Positions 6,772-16,558 of a stretch of DNA of 58,218 bases are shown piece after piece. The stretch's first letter is position 1. Every line of letters begins with the position of its first letter. A program made the position numbers and the translations under genes. The notes beneath the pieces are model-generated. The model made no database searches. It saw only the letters and a list, made by a program, of their open reading frames with translations, and was not told the origin of the DNA. Source of the stretch: Parcubacteria group bacterium (GTDB lineage: Bacteria > Patescibacteriota > Minisyncoccia > Phycocordibacterales > Phycocordibacteraceae); NCBI GenBank assembly GCA_028286605.1, contig JAQBRE010000002.1, positions 1-58,218 of the forward strand, given 5' to 3'.

Positions 6772-8952
6772 ATGGCAAAACGGAAGAGCAAGAAACGCGA
6801 CGCGGAGAATTACCGTGCACTTATAAAATGGGTTACTGCCATCCTTTTGGTGGCACTCGGTTTGATTCTCCTTTTGGGCGCGTTCAGCATCGTCGGCTTG
6901 AATCTTGCCGGCATTGCAGGAAGCGCGATCTTCGGCTTCGCCTTCGGAATCATAGGTGTCGGTGCATTCCTTCTTCCTATCATTCTTATACTTGTGGGCG
7001 TGGCAATCATGCTTGGGCGCATGCTGGTGACTCCGCTGACCGGAGCTGGCATCGCGATTATCGTGCTCTCTACCCTTACCCTGCTCGGCATGGTTACCCA
7101 GACATTGGGCGGGACCGCCGGCCTTTACGTAGGACACACCGCTGAACAATTTTTCGGTATCTGGGGTGCGCTCGTACTTCTCTTCGCACTCATATTAGTG
7201 GGTGTCGGTATTGTTACTGACATCGTCGTGCTTGCGCAGGCAATCGGCAGCATCGGTGCTAAGGCTGGAAGCGCGATCGGCTCTGTGCGTCTTCCCTCTC
7301 GTCGTGCGAGTGATGAAACAGAAGAAGAGGATGGCGAAACCGAGGAACCTGTTGCGGAACAAGAGGCAGCCCGCGCGGAACCCGCACCCGAGCGCGAACC
7401 CACCATCACGCATTTCAATAGTCCTGAAAAGATGGCATCGGCAAGCACCGCGATTCCTAACTTTGATGCTGAATACAATGCGCCTCCTGTTTCTCTTCTT
7501 GGCGAAGATAAGGGCAAGCCGGGTGTCGGCGATATTAAGGCGAATGCCAACATCATTAAGAGGACATTTCAGAATTTCGGTATTTCCGTGGAAATGGACG
7601 AAGTGTCTGTCGGCCCTACCGTCACGCGCTACGCCATAAAGCCAGCCGAGGGCGTCCGCCTTCAGAAGATCATCGCTCTGCAACAGAACCTTGAACTCGC
7701 CCTCGCAGCGCACCCTGTTCGTATCGAGGCGCCGATTCCAGGCAAGTCGCTCGTGGGTATTGAGGTACCTAATGCAACGAAGGCTATGGTCGGCCTTGGC
7801 GGCATTCTTTCTGCTCCTGAATGGAATACCAGCACGAAGCCTATCCTCGCAGGCCTTGGTCGCGATATTGCCGGCACACCGCATTACGTGAATATCGCGA
7901 AGATGCCGCACGGCCTTATCGCTGGCGCTACCGGTTCAGGTAAGTCTGTCGCTATCCATGCCGTTATCACCTCCCTGCTCTATCGAAACGGTCCGAATCA
8001 GCTTCGTTTCATCATGGTGGATCCGAAGCGTGTTGAGCTCACACTCTATAATGGTATCCCCCACCTCCTGACGCCGGTCATTACCGACCCGAAGAAATGC
8101 ATCATGGCGCTTAAGTGGGCAGCAAAGGAGATGGATCGTCGCTATACCATTCTTGAGCAAGAGCAGGTGCGCGATATCGAGTCCTATCATAAAACGGTTT
8201 TCGAGCCAGCGAAGAAGCGCGGAAAGGCAGATATGCCTGAAGCGATGCCGTACATCGTCATCGTTATCGACGAGCTCGCCGATATCATGCAGACCTATCC
8301 GCGCGAACTAGAGGCCGCTATCGTGCGTCTCGCCCAGATGAGCCGCGCCGTTGGTATTCACCTCGTTCTTTCTACGCAGCGCCCCTCCGTGAACGTTATC
8401 ACCGGCCTTATCAAGGCGAACGTCCCTACCCGTATGGCGCTTCAGGTAGCAAGCCAGATCGACTCGCGCACCATTCTTGATGGTTCCGGCGCTGAACTCC
8501 TTCTTGGTTCTGGCGACATGCTCTACCAGAGCGCCGATATGCAGAAGCCTGTCCGTATTCAGACGGCATATATCGCAGAGGGTGAGGTGAAGAAGGTCGT
8601 GTCCTATATAAAGGAGCACAACGCAGGAACGCTTGGCGGCCTTGATCTTGGTTCCGGTACCGGCGGAGCCGTACAAGAAATGCCGAATGATGCAATCCTT
8701 CTTTCGGACGCAGACGGCGATGTAGATGATGACCTTTATACAGACGCTAAGGCCGCCGTTGAAGAAGCAGGACGCGCTTCAACGAGCTACCTGCAACGCA
8801 AGCTTCGCATCGGCTATTCCCGTGCCGCACGTCTTATGGATATCCTTGAGGAAAAGGGTGTCATTGGTGCCGCTGATGGCTCCCGTCCGCGCGATGTCCT
8901 TTCAGGCCACGGTGCTGCAAGTTCTGAGCCTGCACCTGAATCCGATTACTAA
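6772..8952 (+). CDS. ftsK: DNA translocase FtsK/SpoIIIE
   Basis: N-terminal TM helices. Walker A GATGSGKS. Walker B VIVIDELADIM. C-terminal gamma wHTH YLQRKLRIGYSRAARLMDILEEKGVIG. Start is ATG 6772 or GTG 6754. Confidence 0.92.
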   Translation: MAKRKSKKRDAENYRALIKWVTAILLVALGLILLLGAFSIVGLNLAGIAGSAIFGFAFGIIGVGAFLLPIILILVGVAIMLGRMLVTPLTGAGIAIIVLSTLTLLGMVTQTLGGTAGLYVGHTAEQFFGIWGALVLLFALILVGVGIVTDIVVLAQAIGSIGAKAGSAIGSVRLPSRRASDETEEEDGETEEPVAEQEAARAEPAPEREPTITHFNSPEKMASASTAIPNFDAEYNAPPVSLLGEDKGKPGVGDIKANANIIKRTFQNFGISVEMDEVSVGPTVTRYAIKPAEGVRLQKIIALQQNLELALAAHPVRIEAPIPGKSLVGIEVPNATKAMVGLGGILSAPEWNTSTKPILAGLGRDIAGTPHYVNIAKMPHGLIAGATGSGKSVAIHAVITSLLYRNGPNQLRFIMVDPKRVELTLYNGIPHLLTPVITDPKKCIMALKWAAKEMDRRYTILEQEQVRDIESYHKTVFEPAKKRGKADMPEAMPYIVIVIDELADIMQTYPRELEAAIVRLAQMSRAVGIHLVLSTQRPSVNVITGLIKANVPTRMALQVASQIDSRTILDGSGAELLLGSGDMLYQSADMQKPVRIQTAYIAEGEVKKVVSYIKEHNAGTLGGLDLGSGTGGAVQEMPNDAILLSDADGDVDDDLYTDAKAAVEEAGRASTSYLQRKLRIGYSRAARLMDILEEKGVIGAADGSRPRDVLSGHGAASSEPAPESDY

Positions 8953-8958
8953 ACCAGT

Positions 8959-9279
8959 ATGCAGCTCCGTTTCGTTATTGCCGGAGTACTCCTTATTATC
9001 GCGATCTACGGCATCTTCAAGGCCATTCCCCTGCTCGCAGGGCCAGAGATACGCATAGACCCTATCACTTTCGACGCCAGCCAGGGCTTCATGACGCTTT
9101 CAGGTGAGGCGCTTCATACTGAAACCCTGACGCTAGACGGAGGTACGCTGCTCATTGATGAAAAAGGCAGGTTCTCGAAAATGCTTTCCCTCCCCCACGG
9201 GGGCGTTACGTTTACGTTGAAAGCACATGATAGATTCGGACGCAGCACCAGCGTTACGCGCGAGATAGTGGCACCCTGA
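8959..9279 (+). CDS. Small membrane-anchored hypothetical protein
   Basis: 106 aa with one N-terminal TM helix (FVIAGVLLIIAIYGIF). Lies 7 nt after the ftsK stop. Confidence 0.5.
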   Translation: MQLRFVIAGVLLIIAIYGIFKAIPLLAGPEIRIDPITFDASQGFMTLSGEALHTETLTLDGGTLLIDEKGRFSKMLSLPHGGVTFTLKAHDRFGRSTSVTREIVAP

Positions 9280-9390
9280 ATTTTTTCTAAAATAACCATG
9301 AACTTCGAGCCCTTTTGACCTCCCCTGTTCGATAGCTACCCTCAGGAAAAACGGTACAATTAATCCTATAGATACGTAATAATCACTGTT

Positions 9391-10512
9391 ATGCCTGCAA
9401 AGAAAACCCTCCCAAAGAAAGCTAGTAAGTCCGCATCACCTTCCTCTCCCGAGGAATTGGATGTTATTGAAGAAGGCGGTGCGTCTAAAAAGGGCGAACG
9501 CGCCGACGGAAGCGTGCCCGCTGATGCGGAAGCGAAACGAAAAGCCATCGAACTCGCTATCAAAGAAATCAAGACGAAGTTCGGCGACGAAGCGATTATG
9601 ACTTACGGCGCAGGTAAGCCTGCAGCTATCGCTTCTATCTCAACCGGTTCTATCGGCCTTGATGCAGCGCTTGGCGTTGGTGGACTTCCCCGCGGACGCA
9701 TCATCGAAGTATTCGGTCCGGAGTCTTCAGGTAAGACGACGCTTGCGCTTCATGCGATTGCAGAAGCTCAGAAGAAAGGCGGTATCTGCGCATTCGTGGA
9801 TGCAGAGCACGCGCTTGATCCTGAGTATGCCCGAAAGATCGGCGTGAAACTCGATGAGCTTCTCATCTCGCAGCCAGACACTGGTGAGCAGGCACTCGAA
9901 ATCGTCGAGTCGCTCGTGCGTGCCGGTTCAGTAGACATCATCGTCGTGGATTCCGTTGCTGCGCTCACTCCTAAGGATGAAATCGAAGGAGATATGGGCC
10001 AGGCGCAGATGGGAAAGCAGGCACGCCTCATGAGCCAGGGCCTTCGCAAGCTTACGGCTATCACCTCGAAGTCAGGCACGATCATCATCTTCATCAACCA
10101 GATTCGCATGCAGATCGGCGTTATGTTCGGTAATCCGGAAACGACGACCGGCGGTAAGGCGCTTAAGTTCTACACTTCGGTACGTCTCGATATTCGCCGT
10201 ATCGCTCAGATCAAGAAAGGTGAGGAAATCGTCGGCGGCCGTGTGCGTGTAAAGGTGGTTAAGAATAAGGTCGCTGCCCCGTTCAAGACGACGGAGTTCG
10301 ATCTCATGTACAACGAGGGCATTTCCCGTGAAGGTGAAATCATCGCGCTTGGCGAAAAATATGACATCGTATCGAAATCTGGTTCAAGCTACAGCTATGG
10401 TGAGGTGAAGCTTGGCCGCGGCTATGACGCGACCCGTACCTTCCTGCGCGAGAACAAGCCGATCGCGAACGAGATTCTCAAGCAGATACGCGTGAAGCTC
10501 GCTGAGGTTTAA
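9391..10512 (+). CDS. recA: Recombinase RecA
   Basis: [13 protein letters not shown] Walker [29 protein letters not shown]. The ATG at 9391 gives a ~43-aa Lys/Ser/Pro-rich extension. An in-frame GTG at 9514 is an alternative start. Confidence 0.93.
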   Translation: MPAKKTLPKKASKSASPSSPEELDVIEEGGASKKGERADGSVPADAEAKRKAIELAIKEIKTKFGDEAIMTYGAGKPAAIASISTGSIGLDAALGVGGLPRGRIIEVFGPESSGKTTLALHAIAEAQKKGGICAFVDAEHALDPEYARKIGVKLDELLISQPDTGEQALEIVESLVRAGSVDIIVVDSVAALTPKDEIEGDMGQAQMGKQARLMSQGLRKLTAITSKSGTIIIFINQIRMQIGVMFGNPETTTGGKALKFYTSVRLDIRRIAQIKKGEEIVGGRVRVKVVKNKVAAPFKTTEFDLMYNEGISREGEIIALGEKYDIVSKSGSSYSYGEVKLGRGYDATRTFLRENKPIANEILKQIRVKLAEV

Positions 10513-10874
10513 GCGAAGCGAACGACCGGGAGGGATCGTATCAGGTCTCGTGCGATCCAGAAAAAGCTGAATACCACGGCGACACAGAGAACCTGCACAA
10601 CGGTGGAGGTATTGAAAAACGCTGCCTCGAAGAAGCGGATCACGCTCGCAAGATGTATCGGGTTCGGCATGTTCTCGAACACCCGAGCTACCCATACTTT
10701 CCTTCCGATAAGGTAAAGAGATCCGATAGCCAGTACCGCAGCAAGCATCGTACCGCTTAGAAGCGGACGAACGGCGTGTATCGTGTGTACACGACGCATC
10801 ACATTCGCACGGACTTTGGATTGCATGTCGGATTGCATAGTAGGTTGGATAGCGAATAGATTATTTTTCTCCAT
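10509..10874 (-). CDS. Membrane protein downstream of the sigma factor gene (possible anti-sigma factor)
   Basis: 121 aa with 2 predicted TM helices. Overlaps the sigma-gene stop by 14 nt and the recA stop by 4 nt (convergent). Confidence 0.5.
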   Translation of the reverse strand: MEKNNLFAIQPTMQSDMQSKVRANVMRRVHTIHAVRPLLSGTMLAAVLAIGSLYLIGRKVWVARVFENMPNPIHLASVIRFFEAAFFNTSTVVQVLCVAVVFSFFWIARDLIRSLPVVRFA

Positions 10875-11472
10875 AGATAAAGGCGTCTTTGAATGTCTTC
10901 TTGGCGCGATGCACGCGCGTCTTCACGGCAGCCACTGAAAGATGCTCACTGGCTGCGATTTCTTCCTGTGTCTTCCCTTCCAGGAACTGCAGAGAGAGGA
11001 TGCGTGATGCAGCTTCGGGTATGCGAGAGAATGCCATAAGCACTTCGTCGCGGATAGTCAGATCATCAAGAAACGCTTCTGTGTCCGCGATGCGCTCATA
11101 CGTTTCCGGCTCAAGTTCCATTGTGCGGCCGCGCTCACGCTTCATCTTCTGATACCGCGTGAAGCAGAGCCGCGTAAGGATGGCGTATGCCCAAGAAGAG
11201 AACTGCGCGCCTTCCTGTGCCTTAAAGCGATGTCCATACAGATAAATACGGGTGAACGTGTCCTGCACCATCTCTTCGGCATCTTCAGGGCGGTAGAGGA
11301 TGGATTTCGCCTTCCGCAGGAAGGCGGCTTCATATCTATCTACTAGAATCGCGAATAGCTCGGGCTGCGTACGAGACGCCACCAAAACCTCCTCGTCAGA
11401 GGATTCCTGCCACTCTTCGAGCCCGATGCTAGACTTGCGTCCCACGTCCTGTATCATACCGTTACTACCCAT
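10861..11472 (-). CDS. RNA polymerase sigma-70 family (ECF-type) sigma factor
   Basis: Region 2 (AEEMVQDTFTRIYLYGHRFKAQEGAQFSSWAYAILTRLCF) and region 4 HTH (GKTQEEIAASEHLSVAAVKTRVHRAKKTF). Confidence 0.85.
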   Translation of the reverse strand: MGSNGMIQDVGRKSSIGLEEWQESSDEEVLVASRTQPELFAILVDRYEAAFLRKAKSILYRPEDAEEMVQDTFTRIYLYGHRFKAQEGAQFSSWAYAILTRLCFTRYQKMKRERGRTMELEPETYERIADTEAFLDDLTIRDEVLMAFSRIPEAASRILSLQFLEGKTQEEIAASEHLSVAAVKTRVHRAKKTFKDAFIYGEK

Positions 11473-11544
11473 ACGGAGCTAACTCCTTCTGGGCATTTTT
11501 TATAACGGTGCACAACCCGCATCGGTTTCATCTAGCAATCAACC

Positions 11545-12120
11545 ATGGCAATACTTTCCTATAACGAGATCGTCCAGAAAAAGGTGATCGAATATAACAA
11601 CGAGCCGTACGAAGTACTTTCTTCGCACGTCTTCCGCATGCAGCAGCGCAAGCCGGTGAACCAGACCAAGCTTCGCCACCTCGTTACGGGCAAGGTGACT
11701 GAAATCTCCTTCCACCAGAACGAAAGCGTTCCGGAAGCAGACATCGCGACTATCAATGCGCAGTATCTCTATACCAACCGCGGCGAGTCATGGTTCGCTG
11801 AAGAAGGTAATCCTAAGAACCGATTCGCCTTCCCTGAGGATTCGATACACGACAAGGTGCAGTGGCTCGTGCAGAATGCGACAGTGGAAGTGATGACGTA
11901 CAAGGATACGCCTGCAACCGTGAAGATTCCGATCAAGGTTGATCTTAAAGTAACCGAAGCTCCGCCTGCAGTGAAGGGCGATACGGCGACGGGTGGCAGC
12001 AAGTACGTAACACTTGAATCAGGCGCGAGCATCACGACTCCCCTTTTCATCAACGAAGGCGATGTGCTTCGCATCAATACCGACAGCGGAGAATACGTTG
12101 AGCGAATGGAGAAAGCGTAA
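11545..12120 (+). CDS. efp: Elongation factor P
   Basis: 191 aa. ...VIEYNNEPYEVLSSHVFRMQQRKPVNQTKLRHLVTGK..., three-domain length, C-terminal PLFINEGDVLRINT. Confidence 0.88.
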   Translation: MAILSYNEIVQKKVIEYNNEPYEVLSSHVFRMQQRKPVNQTKLRHLVTGKVTEISFHQNESVPEADIATINAQYLYTNRGESWFAEEGNPKNRFAFPEDSIHDKVQWLVQNATVEVMTYKDTPATVKIPIKVDLKVTEAPPAVKGDTATGGSKYVTLESGASITTPLFINEGDVLRINTDSGEYVERMEKA

Positions 12121-12141
12121 TACGTCACGTTACAAAAGCAA

Positions 12142-12176
12142 GACCTGTCTCTTCTGAGACAGGTCCTTCGTTTTTA
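12142..12176 (+). terminator. Intrinsic terminator after efp
   Basis: GACCTGTCTC-TTCT-GAGACAGGTC followed by CTTCGTTTTT. Confidence 0.8.
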
Positions 12177-12177
12177 A

Positions 12178-12384
12178 TTATGTAATCGCCGTACGTTTTC
12201 TATGGAATCGGCGTTCTTCTGGTTTCAGATCTCCATGCGGAGAATAGTATTCCCTCACTATATTAGATGCTGATACCGGATGCAGCATCTTGGTTGTTTG
12301 TGGAAAGCACATCTGGATAGAAACGATCAGAGCGATGCCGGCTAGTGCGCAGAGCGCCCCGATGAACAAAGCTTTTAAGATCAT
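12178..12384 (-). CDS. Small membrane protein, hypothetical
   Basis: 68 aa with an N-terminal TM helix. Strong SD (GGGAGG, 5 nt before the ATG at 12384). Confidence 0.5.
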   Translation of the reverse strand: MILKALFIGALCALAGIALIVSIQMCFPQTTKMLHPVSASNIVREYYSPHGDLKPEERRFHRKRTAIT

Positions 12385-12444
12385 GCACGCCTCCCGTACT
12401 TACCCATATACAGTAAAGCGCCGATACGCCAAAGCACCTAGGGG

Positions 12445-12508
12445 AAAAGATAAAAGCCCCTTTCGGGGCTTTTATCTTTTGTCGAAAGAGTCTCCCAGAC
12501 TCTTTCGA
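12445..12508 (-). terminator. Two tandem hairpins after rpsR
   Basis: TCGAAAGAGTCT-CCC-AGACTCTTTCGA (12482-12508) and AAAAGATAAAAGCCCC-TTTC-GGGGCTTTTATCTTTT (12445-12480). Confidence 0.75.
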
Positions 12509-12715
12509 TTACGCGGCGAGATATGGGAGAAGTCCCATGTATCGGGCGCGCTTGATTGCCATAGCGATTTCGCGTTGGCGGCCTGCTGAAACGCCCGTAC
12601 GCTTCTTGGCCATAATCTTAGCGTGCGTATTCGTGAACTGGCGTAGATACGCTACATCCTTATAGTCGACGAATTTCTTGTGCTCGATTTCTTCCCGTTC
12701 TGCTTGGTATGCCAT
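12509..12715 (-). CDS. rpsR: 30S ribosomal protein S18
   Basis: YKDVAYLRQFTNTHAKIMAKKRTGVSAGRQREIAMAIKRARYMGLLPY. Confidence 0.92.
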   Translation of the reverse strand: MAYQAEREEIEHKKFVDYKDVAYLRQFTNTHAKIMAKKRTGVSAGRQREIAMAIKRARYMGLLPYLAA

Positions 12716-12770
12716 AGTAGAGCCAGCTTATCTGATTAGACCTTATTTTGCAATGAGGCCTTCTTAGGTC

Positions 12771-13283
12771 CTAAAAAGGAATATCCTCTGGATTGATCTC
12801 GTCGTCTGGATACTGGATAGCATCGCCGGTGCCGCCGAAGTCATCCTCACCGCCCCCCTTCTCGGGAGCGACTGATGCTGGACGGCTGCCATCTGCCGCA
12901 GGAGCACCTGCAGGAGCGCTGTATCCGCCTGTACGAGCGCCTCCGCCCTCTGTACCGCCTGCCTGAGGGCCGAACTGGAACGTATCCACCACTATCTCTG
13001 TGCGGTACTGCTTCGTGCCATCCTTGTCCCACGAACGAGTCTGGATGCGGCCTTCGATATATACCGGACGACCTTTCTTAAGATACTGCCCCATTACTTC
13101 TGCCGTACGGCCGAAGGCGACGATATTATGGAATTCAGTCTGATCCTGCTGCTGTCCTTCTTTGTTCTTAAAGGTGCGATTCGTCGCGATGCCGAATGAT
13201 GCTACCTGCTGGCCCGAAGGGATAGCGCGTAGTTCAGGGTCGCGAGTAAGGTTTCCGTAAAGCAGTACTTTGTTGAGATACAT
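12771..13283 (-). CDS. ssb: Single-stranded DNA-binding protein
   Basis: OB fold ([19 protein letters not shown]...), Gly-rich linker, acidic tail [11 protein letters not shown]. Confidence 0.92.
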   Translation of the reverse strand: MYLNKVLLYGNLTRDPELRAIPSGQQVASFGIATNRTFKNKEGQQQDQTEFHNIVAFGRTAEVMGQYLKKGRPVYIEGRIQTRSWDKDGTKQYRTEIVVDTFQFGPQAGGTEGGGARTGGYSAPAGAPAADGSRPASVAPEKGGGEDDFGGTGDAIQYPDDEINPEDIPF

Positions 13284-13355
13284 GGTGATATAAGGTGATT
13301 TCTAGGTCTTTCCCTAAGTATACCAGCCATGATTCCCCTGCCTAGATGTCTATAG

Positions 13356-13383
13356 AAAAAGCCGAGCGTAAGCTCGGCTTTTT
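13356..13383 (-). terminator. Hairpin terminator between rpsF and ssb
   Basis: AAAAA-GCCGAGC-GTAA-GCTCGGC-TTTTT. Confidence 0.7.
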
Positions 13384-13406
13384 CCTACTTCGTCTTCAGG
13401 AAATCT

Positions 13407-13907
13407 TTATACGACCTCCTTGAGCGCTGCATCGAGCTGAGCCTCGCTTTCAGAGACGGTTGCCTCTTCTTCCTGAACGAGCTCGCCTGCAGCCATCTGA
13501 GCATATACTTCCTGCATTTCCTCAGAGTGCTTCGCTTCGTCCTTGGTGGTGCGAAGGTCGATAAAGCGGATGATACGCTTCTCTTCACTTGCTGCGGTAG
13601 TAACGGCCTGGTGACCTGCACCATCCATTTCATACGCGATCCAGCAGAAGAATGCGCTATCGAAATCGCGGCGTCCGACGCCGGTTTCGGTGCGAGAAAT
13701 CGTGTATGCGAGCGGAATCTTGGTCGGCTCGCCTTCAGCGATAATCGTACCTGCACCTGAAATCTGGTCGCGGATACCCTGATAAGCCTTCTTCACTTCA
13801 GTCTCCGGAAGTTCCGGATCAAGGTGAAAGCCGAGCTCGTATACGCGAACTTCGGCGGTGTCGGTGTCGAGGACCTCTTCCTCGGTTGAAATCTTCTCAG
13901 TAGCCAT
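13407..13907 (-). CDS. rpsF: 30S ribosomal protein S6 with N- and C-terminal extensions
   Basis: Core VRVYELGFHLDPELPETEVKKAYQGIRDQI...IPLAYTI. Conserved rpsF-ssb-rpsR order. 166 aa, longer than typical S6. Confidence 0.8.
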   Translation of the reverse strand: MATEKISTEEEVLDTDTAEVRVYELGFHLDPELPETEVKKAYQGIRDQISGAGTIIAEGEPTKIPLAYTISRTETGVGRRDFDSAFFCWIAYEMDGAGHQAVTTAASEEKRIIRFIDLRTTKDEAKHSEEMQEVYAQMAAGELVQEEEATVSESEAQLDAALKEVV

Positions 13908-13927
13908 AATAGGGCGATACTAACACG

Positions 13928-14737
13928 CTATTTTGCACCCCGCAAGGCGGGCCCGAAGACGCGTTCAGCATTCGAAAGGATCTGGCTGCGGACCATTTCA
14001 GGGTCTTCGCTCCTGATCTCCGCCATAGCCCGTACGACGGCCCTTACGGCACGCGGGTCGTTACGGCTGCCCCGGTTAGGCGGGGGCGCCACATACGGCG
14101 AATCAGTCTCGGAAAGGAGCGAGGTTAGCGGGGCGAACCGCACCACTTCGTCATAATCATGGGTAAACGTTAGGACTGCCGTATAGGAAAGAGTGAAACC
14201 CAGCTCGATGAGCGAACGCGCCTCTTCGACACCACCTACGAAGAAATGGATATCGCCGTGAAGGCGCTCGCCGTGCTCGCGTTTGTAGCTTCCTAAGATA
14301 TCTATCAGGTCGTGGTACGCGTCCTGGGTTCCTTTCGAGGGTCGCGAATGAATCATCAACGGCTTGTCTGTTTCGATGGCGAGCTGCACATGCTGCTCGA
14401 ATACTTCGCGCTGCTTCGGCTTCGACAGATCGACGTCTTCAGGACGGAAATTATCCAAGCCGCACTCCCCTATCGCGAGCACCTTCGGGTGCGAGGCAAG
14501 CGTACGGAACACGTTCATATCAAAAACTTCTTCCAATGTGTCATTCGGATGCAGACCGACCGACGCGAACAATGAATCGTGCTGTTCGGCGAGCGAGATC
14601 GCTTTTTCGCTTGAAGCATAGTCGACGCCAACCACGAGTCCGCCCACTTCCTGTTCAATCATCGACGCGATCAGCTCTTCACGATCCGCGTCGTACGCAT
14701 CGAACTGTATATGGCAGTGCGCGTCGAAGTATTTCAT
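13928..14737 (-). CDS. tatD: TatD family metal-dependent hydrolase
   Basis: MKYFDAHCHIQFDAY..., ...IGECGLD..., ...PLMIHSR..., ...ETDSPYVAP. Confidence 0.88.
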   Translation of the reverse strand: MKYFDAHCHIQFDAYDADREELIASMIEQEVGGLVVGVDYASSEKAISLAEQHDSLFASVGLHPNDTLEEVFDMNVFRTLASHPKVLAIGECGLDNFRPEDVDLSKPKQREVFEQHVQLAIETDKPLMIHSRPSKGTQDAYHDLIDILGSYKREHGERLHGDIHFFVGGVEEARSLIELGFTLSYTAVLTFTHDYDEVVRFAPLTSLLSETDSPYVAPPPNRGSRNDPRAVRAVVRAMAEIRSEDPEMVRSQILSNAERVFGPALRGAK

Positions 14738-14791
14738 CTTTGCACAGTATCATAAGCAAGACGGCAGCCCAGGGGGCTGCCGCTCTACGCT

Positions 14792-15055
14792 CTACCAGTG
14801 ACCGTAATCCGAGACGTCCTTTTCGCCTCCACACGCGCACTTGACCAGACATTTGTCGCCGATAGTCATTTTCGTGAAGCAGAACGTGAATCGTCCGCCG
14901 ATAGCCGTATGCCCATCGCGAATCGAGCAGGTTATGTCATGCTCTGCGTACCAGGCTTTGAATTCCGCCTGTTCAGCTTCGTTGAGGCTGAATGCGAAAT
15001 GATTTTCGAATCCTTCCTCTAGTTTTGCGATTCTAGCAGTATCTGAGTCCGCCAT
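14792..15055 (-). CDS. Small hypothetical protein (Cys-containing)
   Basis: 87 aa. SD GAGGTG 4 nt before the ATG. Confidence 0.55.
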   Translation of the reverse strand: MADSDTARIAKLEEGFENHFAFSLNEAEQAEFKAWYAEHDITCSIRDGHTAIGGRFTFCFTKMTIGDKCLVKCACGGEKDVSDYGHW

Positions 15056-15106
15056 TTCTCACCTCATTTGTTCATGCCTGAGAGCACTCTATAGACTCAC
15101 GAAGGG

Positions 15107-16534
15107 TTATGCAAGCCGAGGAAAGAGATTCTCTGGCTTCTTGTTCTCGCGAAGCGAAGCGATTATCTCCTCACTCGTTTCCGGCATGTAGGGCGCCAGT
15201 TCATAGGCGATACGATGCACCTCATTCACAAGTATCTGTATCTGTTCTTTTCCTTTCTCCAGATCTTCTTTCACCGTATTAAACGGCTTTTCATTCTGGA
15301 TTCGCTCATCAACCATACCGATCCGTTCCCAGATTTCATCGAGCGCTTTATTGAATTCAAATGCAGTCAGATATTTCTCTGCGGAAGAATACTGCGCGAA
15401 CAGATTCATTTTAGAGTCAGCAGTAAGATGCGTCTCGGCGAGCTTCATTACGCGCGCCACAAGATTGCCGAGGCCGTTCACTAGGTTTGCGGTGTACCAT
15501 TCGCCCAAACGCTCCCAGGTTATATCCGTATCTTCAACCGGGTGCACATGGCGAAGAAGCAGATAGCGCGTCGCCTCTGTTCCGTACTTATCTACCAATT
15601 CAAGCGGGCTGATGACGTTCCCGAGAGACTTGGACATCTTCACGCCGCCGGAATTGATGAAGCCATGATAGAAGACCTGATCCGTGTTCTTAATATTCGC
15701 GGACATGAGCATCGCCTGCCACATTAAAGACTGGAAACGCACCTGATCCTTCCCTGCCATTTGCAACGTACGACCTTCTTCCCAGTACATATGAAACTGT
15801 CCTTCAGCGTCTGCTGGCCATCCGAGCGTTGAAATATAGCTCGTGAGCGCGTCGAACCACACATACATGACCTGCGAGTCATCACCCGGTACGGGAATAC
15901 CCCATGAGAGCTTTGCTGCTTCGCGCGAGATGCTGAAATCTTCGAGACCGCCTTGTACGAAATTCAGCGCTTCGGTACGGCGCCATTCTGGGATGATTAC
16001 CTGATCACCTTCGAGGTACGTAACGAGTGCATCCTGATACTTCGAGAACCGGAAGAAATAATTCTCTTCGGTTATTTCCTGTGGCACAAGATTCGGATGC
16101 AGTACGCAGTGCTTGTCTTCGGTAAGCTCATGTTCTGTCTTGAATGCTTCGCACCCTACGCAATATAGTCCTGTATATGCTTTCTTATAGATATCGCCTG
16201 CGTCTGCACATCGTTTCCATATCTCTTGTGCAGCTTCGATATGTTTCGGGTCCGTCGTGCGAATGAACGCATCATTGGAAATGCTGAGCGCACTTTTCAA
16301 ACGTTCGAATTCAGCGGCATTGCGATCTACATATGCCTGAATATCTTCCCCTGCTTTTTCTGCAGCCTGGAAGATCTTCTGGCCGTGTTCATCCGTACCG
16401 GTGCTGAAGAACACGTCTTCGCCGTTCAGACGCCACGTGCGTGCGAGCACATCCGCTTGCAGGAATTCAAGAGCATGGCCGATGTGCGGAACATCGTTCA
16501 CATACGGAAGCGTGGTGGTAATGTAGCGAGCCAT
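15107..16534 (-). CDS. metG: Methionyl-tRNA synthetase (short form)
   Basis: PYVNDVPHIGHALEF (HIGH) and VKMSKSLGNV (KMSKS). Confidence 0.92.
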   Translation of the reverse strand: MARYITTTLPYVNDVPHIGHALEFLQADVLARTWRLNGEDVFFSTGTDEHGQKIFQAAEKAGEDIQAYVDRNAAEFERLKSALSISNDAFIRTTDPKHIEAAQEIWKRCADAGDIYKKAYTGLYCVGCEAFKTEHELTEDKHCVLHPNLVPQEITEENYFFRFSKYQDALVTYLEGDQVIIPEWRRTEALNFVQGGLEDFSISREAAKLSWGIPVPGDDSQVMYVWFDALTSYISTLGWPADAEGQFHMYWEEGRTLQMAGKDQVRFQSLMWQAMLMSANIKNTDQVFYHGFINSGGVKMSKSLGNVISPLELVDKYGTEATRYLLLRHVHPVEDTDITWERLGEWYTANLVNGLGNLVARVMKLAETHLTADSKMNLFAQYSSAEKYLTAFEFNKALDEIWERIGMVDERIQNEKPFNTVKEDLEKGKEQIQILVNEVHRIAYELAPYMPETSEEIIASLRENKKPENLFPRLA

Positions 16535-16558
16535 ACGATAAATGCGAACGTAGCGTGC

